Part shown: one piece after another, positions 14,001 through 29,000 of the stretch
Layout: every line of letters starts with the position of its first letter
Numbering within the stretch: position 1 is the stretch's first letter
Assembly (NCBI RefSeq): GCF_018977255.1
Contig: NW_024704742.1
Span: 123,630,001-123,694,000, forward strand
Direction: 5' to 3'
Origin: Callorhinchus milii
Lineage: Eukaryota
Length of the DNA stretch: 64,000 nt
The notes under the pieces: model-generated
What the model saw: only the letters and a program-made list of their open reading frames with translations
Databases searched by the model: none
Told to the model about the DNA's origin: nothing
Translations under genes and position numbers: made by a program

Positions 14001-17000
14001 ATTTGTAACCTTGAGAATTTTTTAAAAAAACTCATAAATCAACCTGCTCATTTAAATATTTTTAGCAAAGGTACACATTAAAACCCAGGCCACTTTGAAC
14101 CAAGTTATAAATGCGACTATTTACCAGCTTGACACTGTCCTAGTTACAGGTTTTTTTAATTAAGATTACCAACTACGATATCTGTTGGATTTACCAGGGT
14201 TGGCAGTTTACTGCTATCAGGATAGACTTGATAGGGTGGGCTTTTTCGCTAGAGAAGAGATGTTTAAGAGGGGACCCAGAGAAGTGTTTCAAATTATAAA
14301 AGGTTAACATAAATAGACTGTTTCCACTGATTGGGGAATAATCAGGGCACACAGATATAAGATAGCAGCTAGGGAACCAAAAAGAGAATTTAGGAGGAAC
14401 TATTTCACGTAGAGAGAGGGTAGTGAGATTGTGGAATTCACTGCCTGAAGCCGTGGTTGAATCAAATGGCATAGATGTATTCAAGAGGAAGCTAGACCTT
14501 TAAATGAGGGAAAGGGGAATAGAAGAGAATGGAAGGGAGTAAGGAACGGGTGGAGACTCGTGTGGAGTATAAACACTGACACACACTGGTTGAGCTGAGT
14601 GGCCTGTTCCCGTGCTATGCACACTTTGTAAACCACTTGGGCTTCACTCTAACAACAGCTGCAAGAACATCTGATTGAAAAAATGTACAACTAACCGCTT
14701 CCTGTTCAAAGATGATGAATTCATTTAAACTACAGATGAGTGCCCCCAAGTCCACACAGGATAACTATGGATTTGCTGAAATGCGATTGATATCCCAGAA
14801 GAAAAGTTGGTGAAATCCTACATTGGCATTTTGCAACAAAATTCAACACACATTTCAACAGTTCAACCAGGGGAATTCCCTCTGAGTGCACATTTTGCCT
14901 GCAGTGAGAGTTATAGTTGGACCTTGTTATAATGCAGTGAGTCTGAGTCCTTAATGTTAGATACCTCTTTATATCACTTTGTTAAACTAGAGAGTTCCAA
15001 GAATTCTACATTCCCTCTACATTCTACATTATTTTTTCTCTATCTTCCTCTTTATTTCAAATCCTACTACTTCGAACATGGCCATGGCTACCTCCCCTCT
15101 CTGCCTTACTCAGTGCCCACCCTCATAAGCTCCGAGATGTTACCCTACGTTAAGGGTGATATATAAATGTAAGGTGTTGTGGTTGTGTGCTCACCTTTTC
15201 CTGAAATACAAAACAGCTAAGTAAAGCTGTAGCTTGCTCAGCAGTCAAGTCATTGAAAATCCCATTAAACATCATCTCAGTCAGAAGAAGTTCATCGGCA
15301 CTAGGAAAAACAAGAAATTTTGTAAACAACTCTAAAAGAACCACACAGTTGTTATTGCATACCTAAAATATTTTGCCAATGGATAACTAACATGAAAAAA
15401 ATTGTTTGTAATTGCATCAAAACTGGATTGGGAAAAAACAAATCTCACCCTCATGGGATCCGTATAATAATTTAATTATTATAATTCAATTTGTTCAATG
15501 AATCATGACTTTGCTCTACCTCTAACTTCTTTAACAAAAAGGAAAATTTAAACTCACTTAAGAATCAATTTTTTTTGGTCAGCCGGTTGTCTGACACATG
15601 CAGAAACCCATAACCAAGCTTAAGAGTACTCAAAACCAAGGAGATTTTCATGCATCCCACCTAAACATGGAAATCCCAGAGATAGATTTTTGGAATGGAA
15701 TGTGCACTCGCTCCCTGGAGGGATGCATCTTGTTTATCTTATCCCGGAAAGTATTAGGCACAGGTTGGCAAGAGCCAAGGATTGGGGTCTCCAGAGTTTG
15801 CATTGGAGTACTGCTGCAGTCTAACCAGCTAAAACCACATAGCTTGCCATTGATATCAATGCCTGGTACGCTTTCCCATTGCTTGTCCAGCTGGGACCAA
15901 CCTATCCATTAGGGCTTTGCTTGCAGGGTTAACAGGAGCTGAGTAGGATGACACGCTGCCCCCAGTGACTGATCTGCCCTTCCAAGTCCCGCCAAAGAGC
16001 CAGGCTGTGCTGTCATTAGTACTGTGATGACACAGTACTGGAGTACTGTGGACCCACCTGGCTCAGAAACTGGACTGCTATAAAATAGTTGGTATTGTAC
16101 TGAATGCTCAAATATTAAAAACTAAAAAACTATACTGAAAATGTCATTCACAACTAGGATTCACCAATGAGAAGAACACTGTGTGTTCATAATAGAGAAT
16201 GAATGCTCCTCAAAATTACAGAATTGATGAGGAACTGCAAAATATCCAATGTGTCTTCAGGAAATTTAAATATAGACATTCAGTTTCATGAGACCTCACC
16301 TGCTTATTTCGCAAGCAACTCGTCCTTTCATTTCAATGACATCAGAGGAAGTAGCAAAACCCAATCTCCTGATCACTCGCTTACGGCACTTTAGTTCATC
16401 CATTTGTAAAACTGTTCTAGCTTTCTTCAGCTCTCTCTTTGCTGTTTTGATATCTGCAGCAATCTATATACAAACATATGAACATGTAGTGTACATAACG
16501 TGAGTCCTGTAGCTCAGTGGTTAGGGCTCTCGCCTTGCAAGCGAGAGACCTGGGTTCGATTCCCGGCAGGGCGAAATGTTGGGCAAATTTCCCTACTCCA
16601 CAAGTCTGATAATAAGCCCTCAAGAAAAAAACCCAATAATATTGGCCACTTCAATCCATGACTGTTTGTGGGACACTGCTGTGCGCAATTGGCTGCTGCG
16701 TTTCGCCCACAAATATACAGTCAATTTACTTTACAGTATATTCTGTGAAGCATTTTGAGACATCTCAAAGGCGTGAAAAGCACTATATCAAATGCAAGGA
16801 TTATTATTATTATTAACATGGATTTCTTTCATAATAAATATCAAGATGTAGCATAAAATGTGGCACCCACCCTCCGGATGAGATGTTAAACTAATGGCCC
16901 AGTCCATCTACTTGTTCAGGTGGATGTTAAAGATTCCACAGAACTATTCGAAAAGAGAAGGGAGTTTCTCTATCAAATGCAAGGATTATTATTATACTGA

Positions 17001-20000
17001 ACACTACAATGGATCCTGTACAATGCATAACGTTTCAAAATGCTTTTCCTTTAAAGTTTAATTAAGTTTCCACTGACTCAACATGCATTTTTCTCTTGTA
17101 CAAATGTTGTTTTTCTAACCTATGATTCACTTTTTCACTAATTTTGCAGACGCCAACGTCTGCAGTTAGCTGGTTAAAATAAAATACAAAACAGTAGATT
17201 TTTTTAAAAAAACAGAAATTGCCAAAAGAAATAGAAGAAATGACCAGTAGAAATTTATATTTATATTAATTATATTTACTTATGACCACTAGCCAAAGTC
17301 ATGAGCACTGCAATTTTGTATCAACATCATTTTCAAACTTATTAAAATTAGATTTCAACAGTGAATGGTTATTTATGATAATTCCAAGTGTCTTACTTGC
17401 GCTTTCTTCTCACAAAGTTTGTAGACAGTTTCCAGATTGGGGTCATTGTGCAATGGATGAGAATACATTCTTTGCTCAAATGCCTCAAGTTTTTGGATTA
17501 CTTTCTTTAGACCTTGATCCTTGATTCCCATATCATCAACTGGATCTAACAAAGGAACGCCATCAGGAAATCGCTTCTGTACCTCCTAAATATAAAAATA
17601 AATGTTATAAAGATATTGACTGCTCAGTGTAAATTCCACATTCATTTCTCTATTTTCTGCAAAACAGAAATCAATTGCAAGTGGTTTGGTGTGAAACTGA
17701 AACTACAACCCATTCAAATAAATCAAGAGGCTGTATAAATGTCCTACCTGCATAGATTTCAGAACACTCTGCCTATTGTCCACTGATCTTAGATCTTTAG
17801 GAATGTAAAGACGCACACTGCTAATAGACGTTATTAGGTGAAGTATAATGGGAACAACCTGTTGAGAGAGATTTTTTTTAATGAATTTTAACTGTTTCAC
17901 CAACAACAACAATGCAGACTTAAGGCACAGATCTCTCCAAATCTAGCAATAGATTAAATAACTAAAATCTCAGAAGGTAGAACAAGCCTATTAAACAGAG
18001 GAATCGGAAATGAATGAATGAAACAAACAAGGATGGCTATTTATTTAAATTAAAGGTACTAACTCTGCTGAGTGAGAATAAAAAGAGAAAGGTACCACCT
18101 GGCCCTATCCTAATGATGTGCAACTTCTAACAAAGCGGATCATTTATCTAACCCACGAGGCCCATTTCTCAAACCAAATACAAAAGTGCCAGAGATTAAA
18201 ATTGTGCAGTAGAATTGGTTCACTGAAAGGCATAGGAGTTTCAGACATTCAAAAATAGATGGATGTCAAATATTATAGGTTAGGATACGACAGAATTTAT
18301 TTTATCCCATGATAATAAACGACATCAATATTTACTAACATATGGGGGAAGAGATTCCTGTGAACAATAGGCACAAGTAAGGTAATCACACATTCTCGAC
18401 CAGCCACTCAAATTCCTTTAATCAGAACACATACCCTGACAACGAGGGCCTCCGTTAGAAGAGTATAATGGAGAAAAAGGCACATCTATTCACACAGGAC
18501 CGTTTTGAACCTTGTGATTTCTATTTCTCAAAACTTTCCTCCTAAATCAAAGAATTCCATGAAAAAAGGAATCATCTGATAAACACATACTGTGAATAAA
18601 TCAATGATATTTATCGAATCAACTTATATGCAAGAATGAAAGGCCTCAAAGGGAGCCACCTGCAATATTCATAAAAGAATCTATGAAAATGGTTTATGAG
18701 AGTCACAAGGAACAAAATATAAAGCCCTGTTTCAGACAGCTTGTTAATGTATAATTATACACAAGCATCAAATCTCATCATCCATTAAAAGTACACAAAG
18801 GACACAACAACTCGGAAAAGCTGTGCTTTGCACTGCAGCATATGTTCTAAAAAAAGTTAAGACCATATGTCTTTTGCTTGGTGACTCTCAGAACAATTCT
18901 GTTTGCCAAAATAAATGCTCTGCTCCAATGATCCATAGGGCAAACGTCTTGTTTCTATTACTCAGGAAATCTTCAAAGCAGAGGAAATTAACAAAGTGGA
19001 ATATGTTCCAGGGTAACTCTGTCCTATTTATTTTCCTTGACAATCGTAAAGATAATCTAACATTTAAATCTATTGTGTCTACTGCTTCACATGCTGACAG
19101 AACACTGATGGTCTGTCAGGAATTCTGCCATCTTTCACACACTTACATAGTAAGTGGACTTCAGAGTAGCCACTGGCATTTTCTAGTACAATACCTTTGA
19201 CCCTGACACCAACTGACACACATCTATTCTGATCAGCTCAAATACGTGAAGAGTTGGCTTTGGGTGATAAATCCGCACATTTATATTCCTCAATAAGAAT
19301 AAATTACAAAGTGCCATTTCAGATATTATTCCATAAACAGGTCTTTTATAAATATTTCCAACATTTGGCGAGCTTTGTGGAGATAGATCAAGCTTCACTG
19401 CGCTCTAGAGCTAACTCCTGGAATGATGGTACCAACAGTTAATTATTGACTTAGGCTGCTGTGGTTGGCACCACAGCACAAATAAAATTCGAATAGCATT
19501 ACTCACCTTGCAAGATGAATATCCCATTATGTCGAGAGGGACCATAGGAAGAGTGGAGAAGTAATTCTTATCTATCATTTAATAATCCTTGCATTTTTGT
19601 ATAACGCTTTTCACGTCTTCTAGATGTCTCAAAGCGCTTCACAGAATAGACTATGTAAAGTGAATTGACTGGTGAATGAAAATTTGTTACTATAATCCGT
19701 CTTCAACTATAATAAAATGAATGCCAATCCAACCAACCTGCATCTCTCCCTTTTCTCCTTGTTTTGTTGGTTTTGCTGCCTCAGATGCAGCAAGTTTCAG
19801 GCTCTCTTTACTACAATGTAACAAAGCTTCAACCACATAAATTTGATCCAAGTCTCCAGTATTTGACTGTGAATGAGAGAATATAACAAAAGTTACTGCC
19901 TCAAATCACATGATTTCAAGTCATGTTACTTACACACACACAATGTTTTTAGGACCCCAAAATAAATCAAAACACAAACAAAATGATATGTAAAAATAAT

Positions 20001-23000
20001 TTTTCTGTGGCCATATTATGGTCTTCAATGGGCTTTTACAGAAACCCATCACCACTAAATCGAACTTGAAGTAGTGTTAATTTACTCATTATTGCACATT
20101 TGTGAAGCAGGATAAACTTTAGACAAGTATTCTAATTACCAGTATTTTCACTTTCTCATAAATCAGAATTGATTTACTTTGTACTTTATTGACCCACACG
20201 GTTTACCTTTGCACTAGGTTTCTTTGTGAAATTTATGACAACTCCCCAGCCAAAGTCATCATCTTCATTTTTCACCTGAAAGACAAGAAATATTCATTGC
20301 TGTTCTATTAACGTACACATGCAAAACACTCAGCAAATTCTTTACCTATTCATTCATATTTTGATACAAAACAAACTATGTACCAAATGCATTATAGCAC
20401 TGACAATGCACAAAAAGAGTTGAAAAAATATAACCTCTGTCAAATTTCCAAGCTTGGAAGGGTTCTCAGGAAATTTCACTGGCAAAAAAAGAACTTTCTC
20501 ATGGTGGTTAGAGGTTGGGCACACAATGTCACATTTAAACAAGACTGCACTTTTCAGATTTGGCTTGGTTATTGTGGAGGAAGGCTTTCCACATCTCTTA
20601 AGCAAAATTCCTGGTAGGCTGACTAAACTATATTTATTACATTCACCCAAAACTTTGAGGTAGATCTACCTAGGTTGAACTAAAGGCCTATTGGAGAGGA
20701 GATGCAATGAAATGAAGCGGCATAGGGTAAAATAATGGGAACCGAAGAAAACTAGAAAAGTGTTTGGACAGTCACTAAAATTCTACCACGAATCACGCTA
20801 AGAAAATATAAAATGTTTCGCCCATAAAATGTACAGTTAATTGACTTTACAGTATATTCCATGACGTCTCAGCAAAATGAGAAGGCACTATATCAATGCA
20901 AGGATTATTATTATAAAAAATTACGTAAATCAGTTAAAAAGCAGCAAGCTTACCACACTGAGTCATCAATACACCCAACAAATATTATTGCAATGGCTCT
21001 GTTTTCCATATTTTTGCATGTCATATTTATTTGTGGATTTCCAAATATTTTAAAGCAACAGGAGAGCAAACTGTGCATTTAAATGCCTTCATCTTTTAAC
21101 TTACAAATGTGATGTGCTTCATATTATAATAAATATAATCCTTGCATTTGATATAGAGCTTTTTCATGTCTTCTAGACGTCTCAAGGTGCTTCACAGAAT
21201 ATATTGTAAAGTGAATTGACTGTATATTTATGAGCAAAACTCGGCAGCTAATTGCGCACAGCGGTGTCCCACAAACAGTCATGGATTGAAGTGACCAATT
21301 TAGGTTTGGATCAAAGATTCACTTACTGAAATTCAAAACAATAGAAATGCAATTACAGCTAAGGTTAGAAAAAATAACAATTAAATGAAAATATACCTTA
21401 ACTAGTCTTCCAGGCTGAAGAAATGGTAGGCAATATTTCGGCTTGCGTACATACTCCTCAATTTCTTTGCCCAGCTTAGCCAACTGCTGTCGTATTTTGT
21501 AGTAAGTAACTACACTTTCTTCATTGGGGATTTCAATGTCATTGTACTGCCCTTCCAATTTCTTGACTCCTATAAAATAGATCATTAATTGATGTAAGTT
21601 AACAGCACTCTTCAGATGTATTGCTCTCATCTTACATAAACTAATTCTGCAACAATACATTTAATAGCTTCAAAATGTGCAAAAAAAGGCAATTGACTTG
21701 GTTGCCAATAACAAGCGTAGGAACACAATAAACCTCATTTCTCATGAGAACTCCCACTACACTCTCTTGTGACCCTTTTCACATTCATACAATGCATCTT
21801 GCATAAGTCCTGAGTGAGAGTTGCAATTCATACTGATCCTGATGATGCACTTCACTCGCTAAGTACTAAATTGAGACTTCCCCAATCTCATTCATGGACG
21901 ACCCTTGTAGATGGCAAAGAGAAAAGGACAATGTTTGAATTGGATTCAAAGTCAGAGAAGGAAGGATAATGCACTAACACTGCACAACTAATGAAGTTTG
22001 AGTTCTGACAAAGGGTCGTGGACCCAAAACATTGACTCACTTTCCTTTCTCTATAGATGCTGCCTGACCTCCTGAGTGTTCCCAGCGACTTCTGTTTTTG
22101 TTACAACTAATGAAGTATTCAGTTTCACATAGGCATTATAGCAGTCACAATCATCAATTCTAGGTAACGATAAGAATCCATTCCAGGACAGGCTTCTGAG
22201 CAGTAACTGACATTAGCAAATACCTGAATGTCCAAATGTCACTGCCAGATACCTGCAGGTCCTCAAAAGTCAGGCAGACTTGGAGATGTGGTCTTATCCT
22301 TAACCTTACAAGACAAAGCTCTTAGAGCTTCTACTCCCTTCTTAGTGCTTTCGAGCTTTTTGCCCATTTGCATCCCTATCAAGCCGTCGTTCCCTCTGCT
22401 CAGCAAATTCTGGCCATATGCCCCTGCTTGATCTTCCTCACCATAGAGGAGCCTTTAGACATTCTGCCCTGCCCTCTGGAACTCTTATCTTGGGAGTCCC
22501 GCCAACTTGCCCCCTCCCGCCTTATTTTTCAAGCCCACCTTGATCATACTTTCCATCATCTTTCTCTCTCCCCACACCCTCTGCAGCTCCTCCCCATTCC
22601 CTGGCTTGGTTGTCTAACCAGCTGTGTAGAGACTTTTCAGGTGTCCTCCTGAAGTGAATGGCCCTATGTAAATTGTATTGTATAGCTGGTCTACACAATA
22701 AAACAGATGTGTTGTCACAGCAAAATATACTTTTGGTGGCTGCTGAATACTGTGAACCAATCTTAAACTCCCTTAGGCACCAAAACTGATTAACGTGAGC
22801 TCTACAGTCTTGACAATTTATTGAATGAGCTCAAGAAAAACTTTGCATCAGAAGTTAAACACTAGTTTAAATCTAAGCAGAAAATATAACATACTTTTAT
22901 GGCACTATACAATTTTGTTTCAATGGAAAAGAAATATTCTGCGATAGAATCTTTTAAAATGGGGTGCATTTTGGCAAAAATAATATCCAGTCAACATCCC

Positions 23001-26000
23001 TGAATTAAAAGTTAACGTTTTAAGCTTTACATATATTTTGGAAATGTGCTATCAAACAGCAAAGAAATAGTAACTATGCACTAGGAATAACTATATAACC
23101 TGATCAAGATTCAGAATACATCATGAAATGGAACAATTTATAATCTAATAAAACCTCAGTTTTGAAATCACTCTTTGATTTTGTTATTAAAGTATTTGAA
23201 AAAAGGCTTATGTCAAGAATATAAATCTTTTTTCACTCTGCTTATCTATGAAAGCTCAAGATATTCTTGTCATTGCCTTTTATTTCCACTGTTGTGAGTT
23301 TCTCCTGCTGGGGCTGTGGTGGGGGAGGTAGGGGGAAGAGCACCCTCACTTTCATGATTGATGGTAACAGTTCACAGAAAAAGATGACAGGAAATTATAA
23401 CTGCACTTGCACTTTTGCAAAACATTTCATAAAACTGTTCAAATCCCTTGTTGATTTCTGCCGTAATGTAAGAGCTGACAGTAGTGCAATAGGTCACTTA
23501 CAGAAAGTTAGTTAACTGAAAGTCTGTAACATAGCTACGCAGAAAACAAATGAAGTAGTTAATTACAGGAAATGTGCAAGTCCACTACATATGATCGATG
23601 AGTTTGCGTGTGATACCAGGGAGTAATACAATCAAGGGATTCTGAATACATCTTGTCGTCTGGGTGACATCTATAACTAGGGCAAACTTTTCACAAGTCA
23701 GACTTGAATGGTTACTGACCACACAGAAACACAAGAGAATTTGCATTGGGACTCTAATAAGCAAAGTCAGAAACATCAACTGATGTGACCACAGAGAAGA
23801 TTGAATGACTTTATTGTTAAAAATGCAAGACTGAAGATATTATAAGTTGAATAAGAATCATACAGCATAGAAGGAGGCCTTTCAGCCCATCGTGCCTGTG
23901 CCGGCTCTTTGAAAGAGCTATCCAATTAGTCCCACTCAACTGCTCTTTCCCCACAGCCTTGCAATTATTTTTCTTTTCAAATATACATCAAATTCCCTTT
24001 TGAAAGAATCAAGGTATATCATTTGCTCCTCCCTCTGCTTCTACTCACCTGAAGGCAGAGGACCATGCTGGAGTATCTCTCCATTAGAGCTAACAGCCCT
24101 ACATATCTCTTCCACATTATTTTTGTCGAATAATGAAATGTTTTCATAAAGCAGGAATTATTTACTAGGGGGCCATACTGGGAAGGAAAATGACAGACTA
24201 AAGAGACAAGTTGCTCAGAAACTCAATAATTATTTTGATAGATACAAGGGAGTGAGAGGGGGGAAAAAAACAAGAGTGTGTAAAAACCTTCCTTGTGCAC
24301 AAACCTGTAAAGTGGGTCCTTTTACTTCCCTATAAATGTAAAACATCCTAGCCAATATTCCACTCTCATCGAAATTAAGTACAACATATTCAAATTAATT
24401 AATTGAATACTCCTTCAGGTGTTTGTGGAATGTTGTTAGCACAGAATTTCCAGAGTTTGCTTACATAATACTATTCAATATTAAAAGTTTTTTTCTAAAT
24501 TTACAGTTTTTTTGATTTACTAATTAATTTATGCTTTGTTATTCAGGTGAATGTTAAGCGTCTCTTCCCCCCCTCCCAAGTCAAAGAAAAAGATAGTTTC
24601 CTTCTTGTTATCCTGGCTTATGTTCCCTCCCACTGAGTTGGTTCCAATGTGACCTGCTTGCCAATGGAACATCAAAATTGAGTTACGTTTCTGTGGCGAT
24701 TTTGGCCATTTAGTTTCTCTACCTCTAAAGGTCCCGTTGACAATAAATCAGCCATCCTGGCTCATCAACAGGAGTTGGATAGACAATGTATCCACAGGGA
24801 GCAGGCATTTTGCAATCTCAGCTCTGGTTAACCCTGCAAACCAAACCCTAACATGTAGGATGGTCCTAGATGAACAGGCAGCAGGAAGGCTGTCAGACAG
24901 AGTGCACAACATTATTAGAAAAGACAAAGGAATTTCTCTTGGTGTCAAGGCGAACAATTCTCCAGATACACAAATTGGTCATTCACCTCATGGCTATTTA
25001 TGGGGCAATGCTGTGCGCAAAATGGCTGCCGCATTTGCTTACAAATACACAGACACTCCACTTTACAGAAAATCAACCAGCTCAACACAGAACAGGGAAA
25101 CGACCTTGGGTCTCTTAGTCTGTGCCAGACCACAAAAATGAATCAAGAGAGACATTTAAGGAAATACTACATAATGATAATATTTTACAATCTTGTATTA
25201 ATTGAGTTTTGCTTAAAATCTACTCAAATGGGCTAATTTATTGAGTTGTAGGTTGAAGGTATGGGGAAATGCCCTGTGTTTGTTGATAGACTCATGTTTC
25301 GACAGTCATTTACAAACTCCTTAATGTTTTCCAGAAGTCTAGAAACGCTTTGAATCAATTCCATCTCCATTCAGAGCATCAGAAATCAACTGTAACATGA
25401 GGACTTGTTCATATTTTGGAATTGGTCTTTAATGATGACTTCATGCTCCCTGGGTATTGCTGTGCCTCAAACTTTTGTTTCAGTTCCCTGGAGTTCCATT
25501 TGAGACATAATTTTGGCCTGTTCTCACTCACTGCCTTAGACCAAAATGCAGCTAGAAATAGAATGTCAATGTACATCATAAATTACTCAATTAAAATCAG
25601 GTATTACTGGCTTTTCTAAAAGCTGTTTACAATTACCAGAATGATAGATTCAACATATATATCCTTGATAGGTGCAGTACGTCACCTCACTGTGAACTGC
25701 GCTGCAACAATTGTACATAGCCATCTAGAATGTAGATGAATAAAAACTGTAACACTTTAGACTTGCACATTGGATCCTTAATTCTGTAATATTATATTAA
25801 TTTCTGGGACATTTATGAGAAGGTTATAAATAAATGTGTCTTCACAAAAAGTGGGAATCACACTGGTTAGTGGTTGTATTGACATACAAAAGACACCTCT
25901 CCGTGCCAGTGATGTACATCCCACCTGAGAAATAGCTTGAATGATGGCGGTTAGAAGTCTCAAGGCAATAAAGCAGATGCACTGATCCTATAATCAAGAT

Positions 26001-29000
26001 TTTGGTTCAAGGATCTTAGAAGACAAATGTGTGCCAGGAGGCACTTTACCATATATATCCTCGGTACTGATGTAAATTAAATTCATGCAACCACCAGAAT
26101 AACACGGTTCAAACTTCCCACTTGAAGACATCCCACAGTCGTTGAAATGGACTCTGGAGTCTGGCATATCAAGAAGTTAAAGGTAACCCAAAATTATTCC
26201 AACATAACGCGTTGCATCAGAATGGTTCCACTAATGTTCTGTTCATTTACCTGTTAGACATCAAGGCTGGATGAGCTACAATATCTTACAACTCAATATG
26301 GATAAGACAGAAGCCATCCTCCTTAGCTCCTGCCAACACCTCACTTCCAGCTTACCCCCTCAGACTCTCTCTCTCAAATTCATCAAATCAGTGTGCCCTG
26401 GGATATGGTTTAATCCTTAGCTCTTCTTTCTCCCTCATATCCTTGACAGAGACTTCTTTTGTTCACTTCCACATCACCCACCTCAGCCCCAATCTCACAC
26501 CATATGCAACCAAAACCCCTTATTCATGCCTTTGTTACTGCTCGTCTGGATTTTTCAAATGCACTCCTCACTTGCTGCACCATCCATAAACTCCAAATTA
26601 TCCAAATCTCCCCATCCGCATCTTCACCACTCTGGGACACTATCCTGCTTGAGAGGTGCTATACAAATGCAATTTGTTCATCCACATCAAATTCTGCAAA
26701 CCAATCACCCCAGTCTTCACTGGGCTCCACTGGCTTCCAGCAGATCAATTTCAAGATCCGCACCTATAAATCCGTTCACAACCTAAAACCTCCCTATCTC
26801 TCTGATCTTACTACATTCCTCTGCCCCACTTCTCTTCCGACCACATCTCTGTAGAGTACTCTTGAGATATTATCTTGCATGAAATGAGCTATACAAATAC
26901 AATGTTCTGTTCTTTACAACCTCATGAGATGGTCTCCAGTTTTTGGAGCTAAAACTGAGGCATACAATATGCAAGTGATGCATGTTTTACTTTGATAAAC
27001 AACAAGACAAACACCAAAAAATGTAAACAAATCATGAAAAAACCCATTTGTACTTGTACAATGCTTAAATCCAAAAGAATCTGAGTTCTTGTAAGTAGAA
27101 TATTCGAAGAATATAAGATATGTTGAATAAAGAGGTAACCGACAAGCTTTAAATAAGGGCAAGGAATGAACACAAAGGTACTCAAAAGAAATGGTCAATG
27201 AAATTAGTCATATTCTGGCAGGAAAATCTAGCAACTCATTGGAAACAGTAGTGCCTATGAATTGAAGAACATGGAAATGCAATGGCAATTTGCAAAGAAG
27301 GAGCAAAAATATAACATGGTAAACCTTAGAACGTGGAGTGTGTTGCAGGCAAAATATTGGACAGTATCCTAGACTTAATTGTCAAACTCAAAAGGAAATT
27401 AGATAGCTACTTGACAAAGAAATTGATCGAGGAATAAATGAGTAGAGTCGATTTTTAAAAAAAAAACTATTTTGAGACATGTTAACTACATTGTAATAGT
27501 CTTTTCCGGTCTTGTACATTCATATGGAAATGTACAACTCAACCAGTACAGATTTTCCTAAATCAGGTAACTGACTCCAGGCAATTCTTAAAATATACTT
27601 TTTAATGTTCGCTTGTATGAACACCACTGAATGGGGTTGGGAAAGGCTGAGAGAATAATAATGAAAATGTTATTCCCTTCAAGGTGGGTGATTTTTATGT
27701 ATTTTGGTATTGTCTAGGTGAGAGAATCTTTATATTGAGTAGAAATGTCAGTGAATGTTCAATTTATTTCATTTGAGTAATGGAATATAAACCTCAGGCA
27801 TTGTTTTTCTCATTAATTCCTTCTATAAAAGACTGAGGTGCCTTTAGATATTACAGCAAATTGTTAATTTGGAGAAACTTAAGAAAATTAATTTTTGGTA
27901 AAAAAAACTTAATTTCTAGTCTGACTTGGAGCAAGAGGTCATATAGTTCTCAGTACTCAGGTATTAACTCCAGGCAGACCTGAGGCTGCAAAGCACAGTG
28001 CAACTTCAAAAAAAATTGCTCAATGCTGTTATTGAAGTTAGCATGAAATCAATTTGGTTAGAAACTCTCTCTTTCTACATATCGTTGGTAATACAGAAAA
28101 TGTCATTTTAACCCAATTTGTTACAAGTTTAATATACCAGAACATTCATGTTCCAAAAATTTTCATGGAGATGAAACTATGGATTTGAACTTTTGCACTG
28201 CATTTCAACAATGGATCGATGTAGGCCAGGAAACCCATACCTTCGGCTTATTGCATTGGTCGGACTTATTAGAATTCTGTACATGTGCTCAGATTTAATG
28301 CAAAATGATATGGCTCTTTTGTAACATTATTAACAAAAATAGAGTCTCTTTAATAACATTTTAAAAATGACCTTTGAAAGTTCCAAACATCCAAACAGAA
28401 AGCAAGTACTTTTTTTCATAGACTTTATAATTATAGACTTTGAACATCTCAAAGTGCTTTCCAGTATTTTTTTGCAATGGCTGTTTTTTGCAGATCACTA
28501 TGGCAAGCCATATTGCACACAGCAAGGTCCAAAAACAACCACAAAGTGAATGTAGCATTGTCCCACCCAAGAAACTTTTTAAGGGGTAATTTGAGAATTG
28601 AATCTTAATTGACTGATAAGAACATTCTAAGAATGAAGAAAGATATTGACTGGCATCGTGTCAACATCCTAGCCTTTGAATTAAGCCTGACAGGTGAGTT
28701 TAACATCTTCTCGCATCTACAGTTTTAACAGTTCCAAATTAAATGAATCCGGACCGGAGTTCAATTCCCGGCAGGGCGAAACCTTGGGCAAGTTTCCTTA
28801 CTCCACACAGAGCCTAATAATGATCCCTCCAAAACAAAAAAAAAATAAATTTGTCATTTTCAATCTACGACTGTTTGTGGGACATTGCTGTGCGCAATTG
28901 GCTGCCGCGTTCGCCCACAAATATACAGTCAATTCACTTTACAGTGTGTTCTGTGAAGCGCTTTGGGACGTCCTCCCAACGTGAAAAGCGCTATATCAAA

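Noticed and set aside
14911..14936. TATAGTTGGACCTTGTTATAATG resembling the left partner of the TIR at 34940
   Set aside because: It is 20 kb away with several mismatches and seven MTREX exons in between. At most it is an independent fragment.
16501..16575. tRNA-Ala(TGC)-like cloverleafs (also at 32133, 33314, 36545, 42757, 43682 and 49541)
   Set aside because: Each continues into an identical SINE body and tail with no Pol III terminator after the acceptor stem. They are SINE heads, not tRNA genes.
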